A stretch of DNA of 62,934 bases, the filler included, from Folioceros fuciformis (lineage: Eukaryota): NCBI GenBank assembly GCA_049999805.1. It is 6 parts of 6 records of this genome, joined end to end, with 100 filler letters (N's around TTAATTAATTAA, not from the genome) between each part and the next. Parts side by side here need not be neighbours in the genome. Positions count along the whole stretch, not along the records: positions 1 to 10,633 come from JBNGIO010001335.1; 5 more parts are not named here. One strand, 5' to 3'. A program made the position numbers and the translations under genes. How positions within the stretch are numbered: position 1 is the stretch's first letter; each line of letters starts with the position of its first letter. Shown in pieces: positions 1 to 10,733 of the stretch. A model generated the notes under the pieces. The model made no database searches, was not told the DNA's origin, and saw nothing but the letters and a program-made list of their open reading frames with translations.

Positions 1-1600
1 TCTTGGTTCGTGAGTCGCTTATGTTTGCCCTCGACTTCTTCTTGTACAGACGAGTGGAGGGTGTCTGCCGCTGGGCCTCCCGGTATGCTGCTACTTGTAC
101 TGAACTCTCGCCGTCCTGGTATCATCGGGTATTTAGGATTGCATCGTTGAATCCATCCATCACCTCTTGAGGCAGGACGTACCAAACGAGGTTGGACCCA
201 CAGCGGGAATGGTCCGAAGAAGACTTCAAGAGCTCTGTCTTCCTGGCAATGTTGAACCCTATCAAGTTCACCATTGTCCTTTGGTCCGTCACCCGAGCGT
301 AAGTGACAAGCAAAGCATACAACACTCCACATGTCCCGAACCAAACCATGTCCTGTTGTATCTACCTTGCTGATTGTGGTGCCTCCTGCCTTTCAGATTG
401 CACAACGTAGCGCCCTTGTTCAAGGTGAAAACAAGTTTGCATTGGGTGGGCAACACTCGTGCTGTAGGGCTCATTGCGGCCCTCACCTGGTTCCTGTCAA
501 ACTGGAAGGGCATGTTCGTGCGTCAACTGGCAAGCGAACACAGGACCGACGCAGTAAGCCACTTCAACTACTGAAACAAAAGGGTCTCCACCATTGCCTG
601 TTCTTGACACATGTAGCCCCCTCTCTTGCAGCCTCGGATTGTTGCCGCTGACAAAGTTGTCTCTCTGCTGCTCTACTACTTGGCTCTATCTGCTGCTGGA
701 GAGATCACGGGCTTCGGCCTGCGTTCTCTCCTGGCAGTTGGAGGTATTTCAAGTAAGGATCCCGTCTGTTTCAGCTGTGAACACTTGACTCCATTGGTGT
801 TCTGCGTCTCATCCAACAGCTTTCTCTCTCAGGTATAGCTGTCGGACTAGCTGCCAAGGAGATTGTGAGCAACTTCTTTGGCGGCACTGTACTCTTCGTA
901 ACCCGCCCCTTCGTGATCGGCGAGCGAATCAAGGTTGGTGCCGTCTTCTGCAGTTTGATGCAATGCCACGGCCCTTCCCCACTGACAGATCACGGAACTA
1001 AGCTACCCGGCCTCACGCTTGTTGCAGGCTGGGCAATTTTCAGGGCAGGTGCAGGATATTGGGTTCCTCCAAACAAAGATTCTTGGGTTCGATAAAGTCC
1101 CCATTCTTGTTCCCAACCAAGCCTTCATCAACCAGGTGATCACCAACTACTCCAGAGCCAAGGGTAAACTTATGGACGTTGTGTTCCCAGTGCGAAATCA
1201 GGATGTGTTCCTGGTGGAGAAGATCACAGCTCGAGTTCTGGAGTATCTGAGAACTCACCCGGACGTGGACAAAGGAATGGGAGCTCCAACCTGCCACTTG
1301 AAATCCCTGGGTTCTATGGGCACGGAGATTGCTCTCACATGTGTCATTCCAACCAAGGTTAGTTTCAGTATGTCACGTCCCTGCTTGGCTTGATCCACGG
1401 CCATCTCGAGCTTTCCTCATCAAACAACCGTTCCATCACAGAGTGGAGTCGATTTCTACCAAGCCCAGCAACGAATCGTCCTGCGAGTGGCTCAGATTAT
1501 TGTGGAGGAAGGAGCGTCCCTGGGATCTAATGCACCGTTTTCGCCCTCTGTACCATCTTCCGAAGTTGTCGTACAGGGTCCAGTTCCTGCTACCCAGTGA
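1..1600 (+). CDS. MscS-like mechanosensitive ion channel (MSL1-like), multi-exon, 5' end outside window
   Basis: Spliced exons read ...GFGLRSLLAVGGIS/IAVGLAAKEIVSNFFGGTVLFVTRPFVIGERIK/AGQFSGQVQDIGFLQTKILGFDKVPILVPNQAFINQVITNYSR..., the MscS TM3 and beta domain; GT-AG introns; last exon 1442-1600 ends in TGA. Confidence 0.85.
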
Positions 1601-1879
1601 CATGAGCAAAATCAACGACTTTTGCCGTCGTTCGACATATTTTTCTAATACTCGAAACTTACAGCAAACGCTTCCGAAAAAGTTTCTCACTTCACTGTGC
1701 TTACACCTCGCATTGAAAAATAATCGAAAATTTCATATCCTTCCTCAAGAGGTGAATACACGTCATCCCTCCCATCTCAAATTTATGCGGGCGACCGCTC
1801 GTCCCCAACACATTAAGTGGTACAAAACCGAGCAGGTGGCCATACATACTCTATTGAAAACCACCCGCTCCCTACTTCC

Positions 1880-2776
1880 TTAAGACTCCGTCTGCTCGCG
1901 AAGCCTTCTGATGGTGCTGCGCACCGTCACAGCACTGGCCGTGCTGCAGGATGAGGCAACGACGGGTGTCAGAAAGAGAGCCTTTCGGAGACTTACAATT
2001 CCAAATATGATAAAAAACTCCGAACCACAACTCACTTCAGAGTGTAAGCTCCGCCGGCCTTCACCTTCCCGCAATCTTTGCAGTTCCAAATACCCACAGC
2101 TTTCCTCTTTACTGCGAACTGCAGAACAATACGGGCTCCAGGTAACGTCAGGGTAAGTTAAACAAATTCCTGAGCATAACCCTAGAGACAGGACAGGCAT
2201 TACAAAGTTCTCCTCGGGAAAAGAAAGGCACTGCAGAGCAATTCCACAATTTTCCTCAAGAAAAACAAACAGGAAGTTCGGAACACAAACAAAGCTGCGC
2301 TGAGGCTGGGGGAGTCCTTCAGATTTAAAAAGCTCAATTTTGCCATCCTCATGGAGAAATAGGTGTTGGATCTTAGTTTCACATCATCGGTACCCAAACC
2401 CCAGCCAGGGCCAGCCGTAAGGCTACCGAGCCAAAACCACCGTAACAGCCATACCTTGCCACAAAACTCGCAGAAGTATTTCGCGTGTTGGGACACCTCC
2501 ATCTTCTTAATTTGCTTCCGCAAACTGGCACCATAACGCGTGCCTGCAGCAACGAATCGCTTCAGCATCTCCATCAACCAAGCATCAACGCCCTGGCCCT
2601 TAAGCTGCAAAAACCAATAGCGCCATGACGTACCGTATTTGCCGACGATACCGGCCTTCTTCGTCCGCTTAGTCTGCAAACAGCATCACAACAGAGCCTC
2701 TCTCAGCAACGAGGCCGCCGCTTCCCAAGACTCTGAACAACTGTTACCCGCGGTAGGGAGCAAAGTCACGCACCAT
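1880..2776 (-). CDS. RPL37A: 60S ribosomal protein L37a (eL43), 5 coding exons
   Basis: ATG at 2776 followed directly by an intron; exons give [92 protein letters not shown]2-C2 zinc finger. Confidence 0.97.
2313..2394 (-). ncRNA. Intronic box C/D snoRNA, U36/snR47-like (18S rRNA 2'-O-methylation guide)
   Basis: Minus strand: box C ATGATGT (2387-2381), C'-like ATGAGGA, box D CTGA (2322-2319). The guide TGAGCTTTTTAA is complementary to the conserved 18S sequence TTAAAAAGCTCG. Short terminal stem; same strand as host; lies in the gene's one long (~335 nt) intron. Confidence 0.8.
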
Positions 2777-2888
2777 GCTTGCCGGTCCGGAGCTTCAGCC
2801 ACGCGCTCAGATCGACTACAGCAGGGGAGTGAAGAAAGACCCCACACAGTGGATCGAGAAGTACAAATATATGAAGGGGAAGGGGAAC

Positions 2889-2911
2889 AAACCCTAAAAC
2901 AGAAACCCTAA
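2889..2911. promoter_or_regulatory. Two telo-boxes (AAACCCTAA) in the RPL37a / FG-GAP divergent promoter
   Basis: AAACCCTAA at 2889-2897 and 2903-2911; telo-boxes are established cis-elements of plant translation-machinery genes. Confidence 0.6.
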
Positions 2912-2984
2912 CATGAACGGAACAGGAGCACCGACTAGTTCGTGAGAGGTGACCAGACGGTCCGATGCTAACTTCGGGGCCAGG

Positions 2985-5123
2985 ATGCGGAAGCGGGATC
3001 TGGGGATCGTGTTGCTGGCTGCGTTCGCTCTGTTCTTCGCTTTGCAGAATGAAGGAAGCTTCTCTTTCAGGGAAGCTTGGTACCATCCCAGGGACGATGA
3101 CACTCCGATGAAGTATGAGACCGAGCGGGTACCTCCACCGCTCGTGACTGATTTGAATGGGGACGGCAAAAGCGAGGTCATCGTGGCCACAGCGGATGCA
3201 AAGCTCAAGGTTCTGGATCCCCGGCGGCCACGTCCGGATCGGGGTTTCGTGGATGCCAGGTTGCTGAAGGAGGTGTCTCTGCTCCCGGACAAAGTGCGGG
3301 TGGCCGCGGGGAGGAGGCCTGTGGCCATGGCAGCTGGAGTTGTGCAGAGGTCGTACAACGGGAAGCGGAAGCAGGTCCTGGTGGTGGTGACGTCGGGCTG
3401 GGCCATTCTTTGCTTCGACCACAACCTGAACAAGATCTGGGAAAAGAATCTCCTGGATCGGTTCCCGCATGGTGCTCATCACAGGGAGGTGGCCATCTCC
3501 ATCAGCAACTACACCTTGAAGCACGGGGACACGGGCATGGTGATTGTGGGGGGGAGTATGGAGGTACAGCAGCTGTATTTGGATCCGTTCGAAGAGGAGC
3601 TGCATGTGGAGATGGAGGGGAATAGGCATTCTGCAAGTGCGGGGGCGGATGAGAGTGTCGATGGGACGAACAGCACGGCTTCGACAAACACGAGGCACTT
3701 CTCTTACTATGCTTTCGCGGGGCTTACAGGGGAGCTGCGATGGAGTCACCGGGGGGAGGACTTTCACAGGGGTCCTGGTTCGTTGCAGGATGTGGTTCCG
3801 CAGCACTTTTACAAGTTGGATGCGGCGTCCCTTAATGCGAAGCATACATCAGAGAGGGAGTGCCGACGGTATCGTGAGTCGGTGCTTGCCGTGTTGCCGC
3901 ATCGGTGGGATAGGTTGGAGGATACACGTTTGGAGCTGGCTTACTTTCCTCCCAGGGTCAGACGCAAGCATCACAAGGACCAGGGAGGGAAGAAGGATTC
4001 TTTCCATGCGTCGCACGATAAGGCTCCCGAAAAGGCTGTTCCAGGGAAGGACTCGTCGAACAAGTTCGCTCAGGCTCTGAGCAAGGCTGCTCACTTGGCA
4101 GGCACAACGAAAGGGCAAAGGAGAGGTTTTTGGGTCTCCACCATGATCACGAACCACACTTCCTCGTCGTTGGTGCCCAATGTGGTAGTGGCTCACCTGA
4201 AGAGGGGCATTGAGGCGGTGCACTTGGCCACTGGACGAACTATCTGCAAGCTTTATTTGACAGAAGGAGGCTTGCACGCGGACATTAATGGAGATGGGGT
4301 GTTGGACCATGTGCAGGCCGTTGGTAGCCTTGGTGCACGGTTTGTGCCTACAGGGATGACCGAAGTTTTGAGACCATGCTGGGCCGTGGCAACGTCGGGG
4401 GTTCCTGTGCGAGAGCAGCTGTTTCACGGCCCTATTTGCAGGCACTCAGCTTTATCAAATATCTTTCAAAATGGAGGTCAGTTCGCCAACTCATTTGGAG
4501 GTCGTTCCTACAGACGGTCTGTGGAGGCAGGGCCTGTGATGGTTGCTACCCCCGTGCTCTTTCCTCGGAGGGACGTGCACAGACGTCGTACCCATGGGGA
4601 TGTCATTTTCCTAACCAGTAAGGGAGATGTAACATCCTACAGCGTGCCTCCCGATCATGGGGCTCACAATCACACAGAGCCTTTCCGTCCCGTGTGGCAA
4701 GTCGCAACAGAAGCCTCTTGGATGGATCCGTCGCTTCCCGCCGGCACAGTGGCGGACAGTATTGTGCCCAGCCTGGAAGCTCTTCCTTTGAGGACCCATG
4801 GTCCTCCGGAAGCGATATTGGCTGCCGGCGAGACAGCGGCTGTCATACTGTCCCCTTCTGGGAACAAGCTCGCGGTCGTAAATCTGCCTGAAGCACCTCA
4901 AGCTACCCTCGTCTACGCTGATTTTTCAGGTGATGGTTTGAATGACCTAATTCTGTTCGGATCTGACGGTGTCTACGGCTTTGAGCAAACTCGTCAACCT
5001 GGAGCTCTTCTTTTCAGCTCTCTCCTCGCCTTTCTGATAATAGTCATTGTGGTCATTTTCATCACTCAACATTTGAATGGTGCTAGAGGGAAGCCTAGAG
5101 TCGTAGACCGAAGTCTTACGTAG
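2985..5123 (+). CDS. FG-GAP repeat membrane protein (NERD1/At3g51050-like), intronless
   Basis: Starts MRKRDLGIVLLAAFALFF (signal anchor); FG-GAP/Ca-binding motifs DLNGDGKSEV, DINGDGVLDHV, DFSGDGLNDLI; C-terminal TM helix; single ORF. Confidence 0.88.
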   Translation: MRKRDLGIVLLAAFALFFALQNEGSFSFREAWYHPRDDDTPMKYETERVPPPLVTDLNGDGKSEVIVATADAKLKVLDPRRPRPDRGFVDARLLKEVSLLPDKVRVAAGRRPVAMAAGVVQRSYNGKRKQVLVVVTSGWAILCFDHNLNKIWEKNLLDRFPHGAHHREVAISISNYTLKHGDTGMVIVGGSMEVQQLYLDPFEEELHVEMEGNRHSASAGADESVDGTNSTASTNTRHFSYYAFAGLTGELRWSHRGEDFHRGPGSLQDVVPQHFYKLDAASLNAKHTSERECRRYRESVLAVLPHRWDRLEDTRLELAYFPPRVRRKHHKDQGGKKDSFHASHDKAPEKAVPGKDSSNKFAQALSKAAHLAGTTKGQRRGFWVSTMITNHTSSSLVPNVVVAHLKRGIEAVHLATGRTICKLYLTEGGLHADINGDGVLDHVQAVGSLGARFVPTGMTEVLRPCWAVATSGVPVREQLFHGPICRHSALSNIFQNGGQFANSFGGRSYRRSVEAGPVMVATPVLFPRRDVHRRRTHGDVIFLTSKGDVTSYSVPPDHGAHNHTEPFRPVWQVATEASWMDPSLPAGTVADSIVPSLEALPLRTHGPPEAILAAGETAAVILSPSGNKLAVVNLPEAPQATLVYADFSGDGLNDLILFGSDGVYGFEQTRQPGALLFSSLLAFLIIVIVVIFITQHLNGARGKPRVVDRSLT

Positions 5124-5560
5124 GCTGACATTGTATTTAAACATAGCTTCGACCGCTGTAAGTGTACCATCACGATCTGCTGCACACGATCATGAGCATT
5201 CAATTGGACCTCAAGGTGCCAGGTGAGAGATGGACTAGGCTCACGTAGCCCAAAAAGCTTCACATATGAAAGTTTGAGGTAACCCTAGACTAGTTCGTAC
5301 TCTGTGAAAGGCTAAATGGCAAACGCTCTTTGGATGGATCACACACTGCCGCGAGAAAATGATAAGAAACAAGTCTAGTCTGCTTGCTCTGCGCAGTGGT
5401 CTGGCTCAGTGGCATCAGGGCTCCTCGACCTGTGCAGGTAATTAACCTTCACCATCTGCCAGCAGACCTTGTCGCAAACGCAACTGCAGCCCAACATGGC
5501 ATAAGGCCGCGTGGGTTTCCATTCCTTACTCCCAACCAATCTCCAGCCAACCGACTGGTC

Positions 5561-6408
5561 CTAAAAATCAAGTCCATTTTCCCTTGCAGCATCAGCCAGG
5601 GCCTGAATCCTGCCATGGTACACAAAACCGCCCCTATCAAAGGCAACCTTGCTGATCCCCTTCTCTGCGCACACCTTGGCTATCTCTGCACCTACTCTCT
5701 TGGCGGCCTCCTGACAAGCAGCATAACAAACCGCATTAGCCTAGTGAAGCGAAACAAGGGCACACGGCACGGCTCAGAAACAAACATCACTGCATCCACA
5801 GGCACTCACAATCGTAGGCCCCGCAGACAGCTCCAACTCCTGCCGCAGCGCCTTTTGTGCAGTCGACGCCGCGGCCAGGGTGGAGGAGATAGTGTCATCA
5901 ATAACTTGCGCATAAATGTGCTTGTTGGATCGGAAAACTGCGAGCCGTGGCCTTTCGGCGGTCCCGTTCAACTGCAAAACGGAGCGCAACAGCAAGAGCA
6001 CGTGAAAACCCTGTCATCTCCGTCCCAACCAGCTGACAATGCTTGACCATGACACCGCACCTTCTTCCGAATGCGCCTGTGCCTCACTTTGGTGGACTCC
6101 CGCCGTGTAGGATTCCTGGCCTCAATCCTCAACGGCGCCTGCAGCAACCCTGCTTCCACGCATACATTTCATGCCCGTCATCCACCAAGCACCAAACGCT
6201 GCCACCGAGACGTCTTCCTGATAACTACGCAGCACACACAAAGTAGCTCACCTATGGAGCGCGAGGGAGCTGCAGCCGCAGCTGGCAGCCGGCACGCGAA
6301 GCTCGTCGAAGAAGATAGCCCGGAAAAATCCTTCACGGAAGACCCGGCGTTGATGGAGAGCGACGCCAGGGACGTTGCCACCGCTGCCATCGCCGTTGCA
6401 GCGGCCAT
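5561..6408 (-). CDS. RPL18: Plastid 50S ribosomal protein L18 (uL18c) with transit peptide, 4 exons
   Basis: Ser/Ala-rich N-terminus, then [34 protein letters not shown].../[49 protein letters not shown]. Confidence 0.93.
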
Positions 6409-6930
6409 GTCTGGAACTTCCTCCGTCTTCCTTCGCCTTCCGTCTTCTCTCCCTCTCGCCCCTATCCAGTTCTTTCTTTCTTTCTCACGACTCGGATTTT
6501 CTATTCACCATATGGCGAAAAGAATGAAGTAACAAAGGAAAAAGGCTTTACAGGACACCACACTTACTTTTCTGTCTTGTCGACTGTCCCACCAGCTCGC
6601 CAGCAACCGAAGGACCGACCAGTGGCTTCCTTCTGAGACTGTCTTGGCGACTTGACCTCAGTGCATACAGGACCTTGCTTCGAATTCGGGAAACTTCCCG
6701 GGAAACGTCCAGCGGCACGCAAGGAACTTATGGACGGCGGGCGGTTACCGGCGGGGAAGCCCATAAAACAGCTCGGGAAGACGATGTCGAGGCATCACGA
6801 GCATCACGGCATCCCACCCGGACCGACAGAGTGAGAGCAAGAGCCAGATTCCGAGCGTACTGTAAGAGAAGGTGTTGCTTTTGAACTGCTGGGAGTTTGA
6901 ACGTGGTTGAAACTGCCCGCTGTGTCGACG

Positions 6931-7675
6931 ATGGCGAGCAAGATCCAGCTCTACAGCCTGGCCACTCCGAACGGGGAGAAGGTACGAGAACAGACTTGGC
7001 TTCGAGCTTGAGCTGCAAATTTGGCAAGGAGAGCGGGTTTCTCATGTTTGCTGCTGCGTTTGGATTTTGCAGATAAGCATCGCGTTGGAGGAAGCCGGGC
7101 TGGAGTACGACGCACACACGGTGAACATTTGGAAGAACGAGCAATTCGCTCCGGAGTTCGTCGCATTGAACCCTAATTCCAAGATTCCTGCGATCGTCGA
7201 CCCCAACGGGCCAGGAGGGAAGCCTCTCTCTGTCTGGGAGAGTGGAGCCATTTTACAGTACATAGCGGAGAAGACCGGGAAGCTGCTGTCGACGGATGAG
7301 GCGCTCAAGTGGGAGGCCATTCAGTGGGTGTACTTCCAAGTTGCGGGGATCGGGCCCATGCTAGGACAGTTCGGGCACTTCAACAGGCTTCCTAAGGAGA
7401 AGATGGACCATCCTTACCCCGTGGAGCGCTACAGGACCGAGGTGCTCCGTCTGTTCCAGGTGCTGGAGACCCGCCTGCAAGGAAGGACGTACCTCGTCGG
7501 GGAGGAGTACACCATAGCCGACATCGCTTCTTTCCCCTGGCTCTGGCTCTACTACTCGCATCCCCAGCTGAAGGATCCTTTGAACATAGCTGCCTTGCCG
7601 AACGTGGTAGCATGGCTAGAGCGCATTGCTGCAAGGCCCGCCACCAAGCGCGGCCTCGGTGTCTGTCCGTTCTAG
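6931..7675 (+). CDS. Glutathione S-transferase, Ure2p/Nu (YfcG-like) class, 2 exons
   Basis: Exon 1 MASKIQLYSLATPNGEK (TPNG motif), intron 6982-7072, exon 2 with LNPNSKIPAIVD, WESGAILQY, GPMLGQFGHF, YTIADIA. Confidence 0.88.
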
Positions 7676-7973
7676 TCTGGCTCTGCGCCTAATGTGTATC
7701 CATCAAAGTTGGGTCCTAACAATTCGTAAATAGAAAATACGGTTTTAGGTCCTGACATTTTGTATAAGGCAACCGAGTACTGTATTTGAGGTGGAGCTAT
7801 AGGTGGGGTAGACACCACGAGTGTGTCTTTGTTTATAGTACCTGATTTCCTTAATCCATATGAGGTGAACCGCTTTGCCTTCCGTTTCCTGTGCACTGTG
7901 CCGTGGTTCGCCAAGTCACGTATAGAGTAAGGAAATCCTTGGAGGCCTACCGTGAGCATACGAAGTTCTGGTC

Positions 7974-10633
7974 ATGTCTGAAAGAGCTAGCAAGCGAGCG
8001 AGGCACAAGAAGGTGCGTGATGGAATTGAGAACGCGGTTGGGTTGATTGGCTGGTTGGACTGCCATCCGGTGTGGTGATTTTGGAGGGTGTGTGCGCGCG
8101 TGCAGCAGCAGGAAGAGGTCTATTACGATGTCCCCGATGAGGCGGTGGAGGACTACGTGGAGGAGGATGAGACCGGTGGGTTTTGATGCTTTGCTTAGGT
8201 CGGAGAAGGTTTCAAAGGATGAGGTTGGCAGATTGTGGGGCTGATGCTGTGGTCGTTGGTGTGGAGCAGGGGCGGATGTGGGGAAGAGGAAGGATTTCAC
8301 TCAGCTGGAATTGAAGTCGGACCATGAGAACAGGCCGATGTGGGTTTGTGCTGATGGAAGAATATTTCTGGAGACATTTTCCTCGTTATATAAGCAGGCC
8401 TACGACTTCCTCATCGCCATTGCTGAGCCCGTGTGCAGGTGTGGTGCCTGGTGCTGGTGCTGGTGCTGGTGATGGGATTGGGGTTGGGGTATGTGGATGA
8501 GGATGAGGATGGAATCAACAGAATTGGTTGTTGGATTGGGTTCTTACTGTTGCATCTCATGTACCAGGCCGGAATGCATGCACGAGTACAGCTTGACCCC
8601 GCATTCGCTCTATGCTGCGGTGTCGGTTGGGCTGGAAACAGAGACTATTATCACAGTTCTGGATAGATTGTCCAAGACAAAGCTCCCGAAGGAGATCATT
8701 GATTTCATACGAGATTCCACTCTCAACTACGGGAAAGTCAAGCTTGTTCTGCAAAAGAATCGTTACTTTGTGGAATCCGGGTTTCCTGAGGTACGTTGGT
8801 TCCAGGGTTTACGCGTGGTAGCTTGAAATGCTTGTCCGTCTCGGTGGTTTGATGTCGACCTTGTACCCCAGGTTTTGCAGAAGCTCCTGAAGGACGATGT
8901 CGTCGCTCGTGCCAGGATCACGATTAATGATGTGGGGATTATTTGGCCGTCGTTCTTCCGTTGTGGTTGGTCTATAGCTCTTCGATTTGCTCTGTCCACG
9001 GTTCTGCGTCTGACCTCTGCGCGGACGACTGTGTGCAAGGTCAGGCACTCCCTGTCCAATCTTTCACCACCAGCAAAGGTCTCCATGAAGTTGGAGGAAT
9101 TGCAGAGGAATTCCTTGGACCTGATGGGGGTGCCACGGAAGAGAAGGAATTACACTCATTTGAAATTGATCCTACCCAGGTGGGTTTCCTGTCATCAAAC
9201 TGTTTGATGGAGGCACATGATTCGTTGTCCCCTCAAGATGCTTAACTGATCTGAATGCAATTTGGTGAAATCAGGTTGAGCTCGTCAAACGACGCTGCCT
9301 TCCAGACGCGCTTAACTATCCGATGCTGGAAGAGTATGACTTCAGAAATGATACTGTATGTGTCATCCTGGTGTCTGCAGCTGCTGATATCTTCGATTGA
9401 CCCTTTGCTGCCCAGATACTGGTATTCTGGCCCTGTTGGTTGTTGAGAGAACACGATTTCACTTGTCTCGCAGGTGAATCCAGATTTGAGCATTGAGCTA
9501 AAACCCCAAGCCCAGCCAAGACCATACCAAGAAAAGAGCTTGAGCAAAATGTTTGGCAATGGTAATGTGCTTTGCCTCTTTTATAACAAAAGTATGCCTC
9601 CAGATTATCTGGCATTGCCTCCCCATGTAGATATAGCAACTACCTGGGAAGACGTACGAATCTGACCGAGCTGGCAAGCTGTTCTGGTGATAACCTGTTG
9701 ACGTTTTTGGCTTCTTTAAACAGGGCGTGCAAGATCCGGAATCATCGTTCTACCCTGTGGTGCTGGAAAATCTCTCGTTGGAGTATCTGCAGCTTGCCGT
9801 ATACGAAAAAGTTGCCTGTGCCTGGCAACGAACGCCGTCTCTGTGGATCAGTGGGCTTTTCAGTTTAAACTGTGGTCGACAGTGCGAGATGACCAGATTA
9901 CCAGGTTCACTTCGGAGAGTAAAGAAAGGCTTAGAGGTCCTGTGGGTGTGGTGGTTACCACTTACAATATGATTGCTTTTGGCGGCAAGCGGTCTGAAGA
10001 GTCGGAGAAGATTATTGAGGAAATTCGGAATCGAGAATGGGGCCTACTTCTGATGGACGAGGTATGTGTGTGGGGAACGCCAGGTGTATGTGCAACGCCT
10101 AACAGTGAAGCTATATTGAGGCTCTCTCTCACAGCTAGGGAAGGGAAGGACTTTCTTATATGATCTCCATTGTGTTTCAATAGGTACATGTGGTTCCAGC
10201 TCATATGTTCAGAAAGGTCATCAGCATCACCAGATCCCACTGCAAGTTGGGTCTAACTGGTATTTTTCTCGTTTTCCTTCTTCCAGATTCCTCTTGTCGA
10301 ATATAGGCAGTTGTAAAAGCTTCTAAGGTTCAGCACTGACATTAGTACCGCAAATGGCTTTCCTTCATGAACAGCTACACTGGTTAGAGAAGATGAGCGT
10401 ATCAGTGATTTGAACTTCTTGATTGGGCCAAAGTTATATGAAGCGAATTGGCTGGATCTTGTCAAGGGAGGCTATATTGCAAATGTTCAATGTGCCGAAG
10501 TTTGGTGCCCCATGACAAAAGAGTTTTTGGCAGAGTATCTCAAGAAGGAAAATTCTCGAAAGAAGCAGGTCAAGCGTGTTTCTACTTTCTTGCATGCGTG
10601 AGATTTTGCAGGACCTGTACTCTAAGGGATGGG
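7974..10633 (+). CDS. XPB: TFIIH helicase XPB, N-terminal two-thirds (truncated at contig end)
   Basis: Exons contain [54 protein letters not shown] (Walker A), LLLMDEVH (DEVH box), [12 protein letters not shown]; last exon ends ENSRKKQ at 10568 followed by a GT donor. Confidence 0.95.
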
Positions 10634-10733
10634 NNNNNNNNNNNNNNNNNNNNNNNNNNNNNNNNNNNNNNNNNNNNTTAATTAATTAANNNNNNNNNNN
10701 NNNNNNNNNNNNNNNNNNNNNNNNNNNNNNNNN
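10634..10733. other. Artificial contig spacer N44-TTAATTAATTAA-N44 (also 17509-17608, 47843-47942, 52712-52811, 60364-60463)
   Basis: Five identical 100-nt spacers with a six-frame stop linker. Confidence 0.99.

Noticed and set aside
10634-10733. TTAATTAATTAA palindrome repeated five times in the window
   Set aside because: Artificial six-frame-stop spacer flanked by exactly 44 N on each side; not biological.
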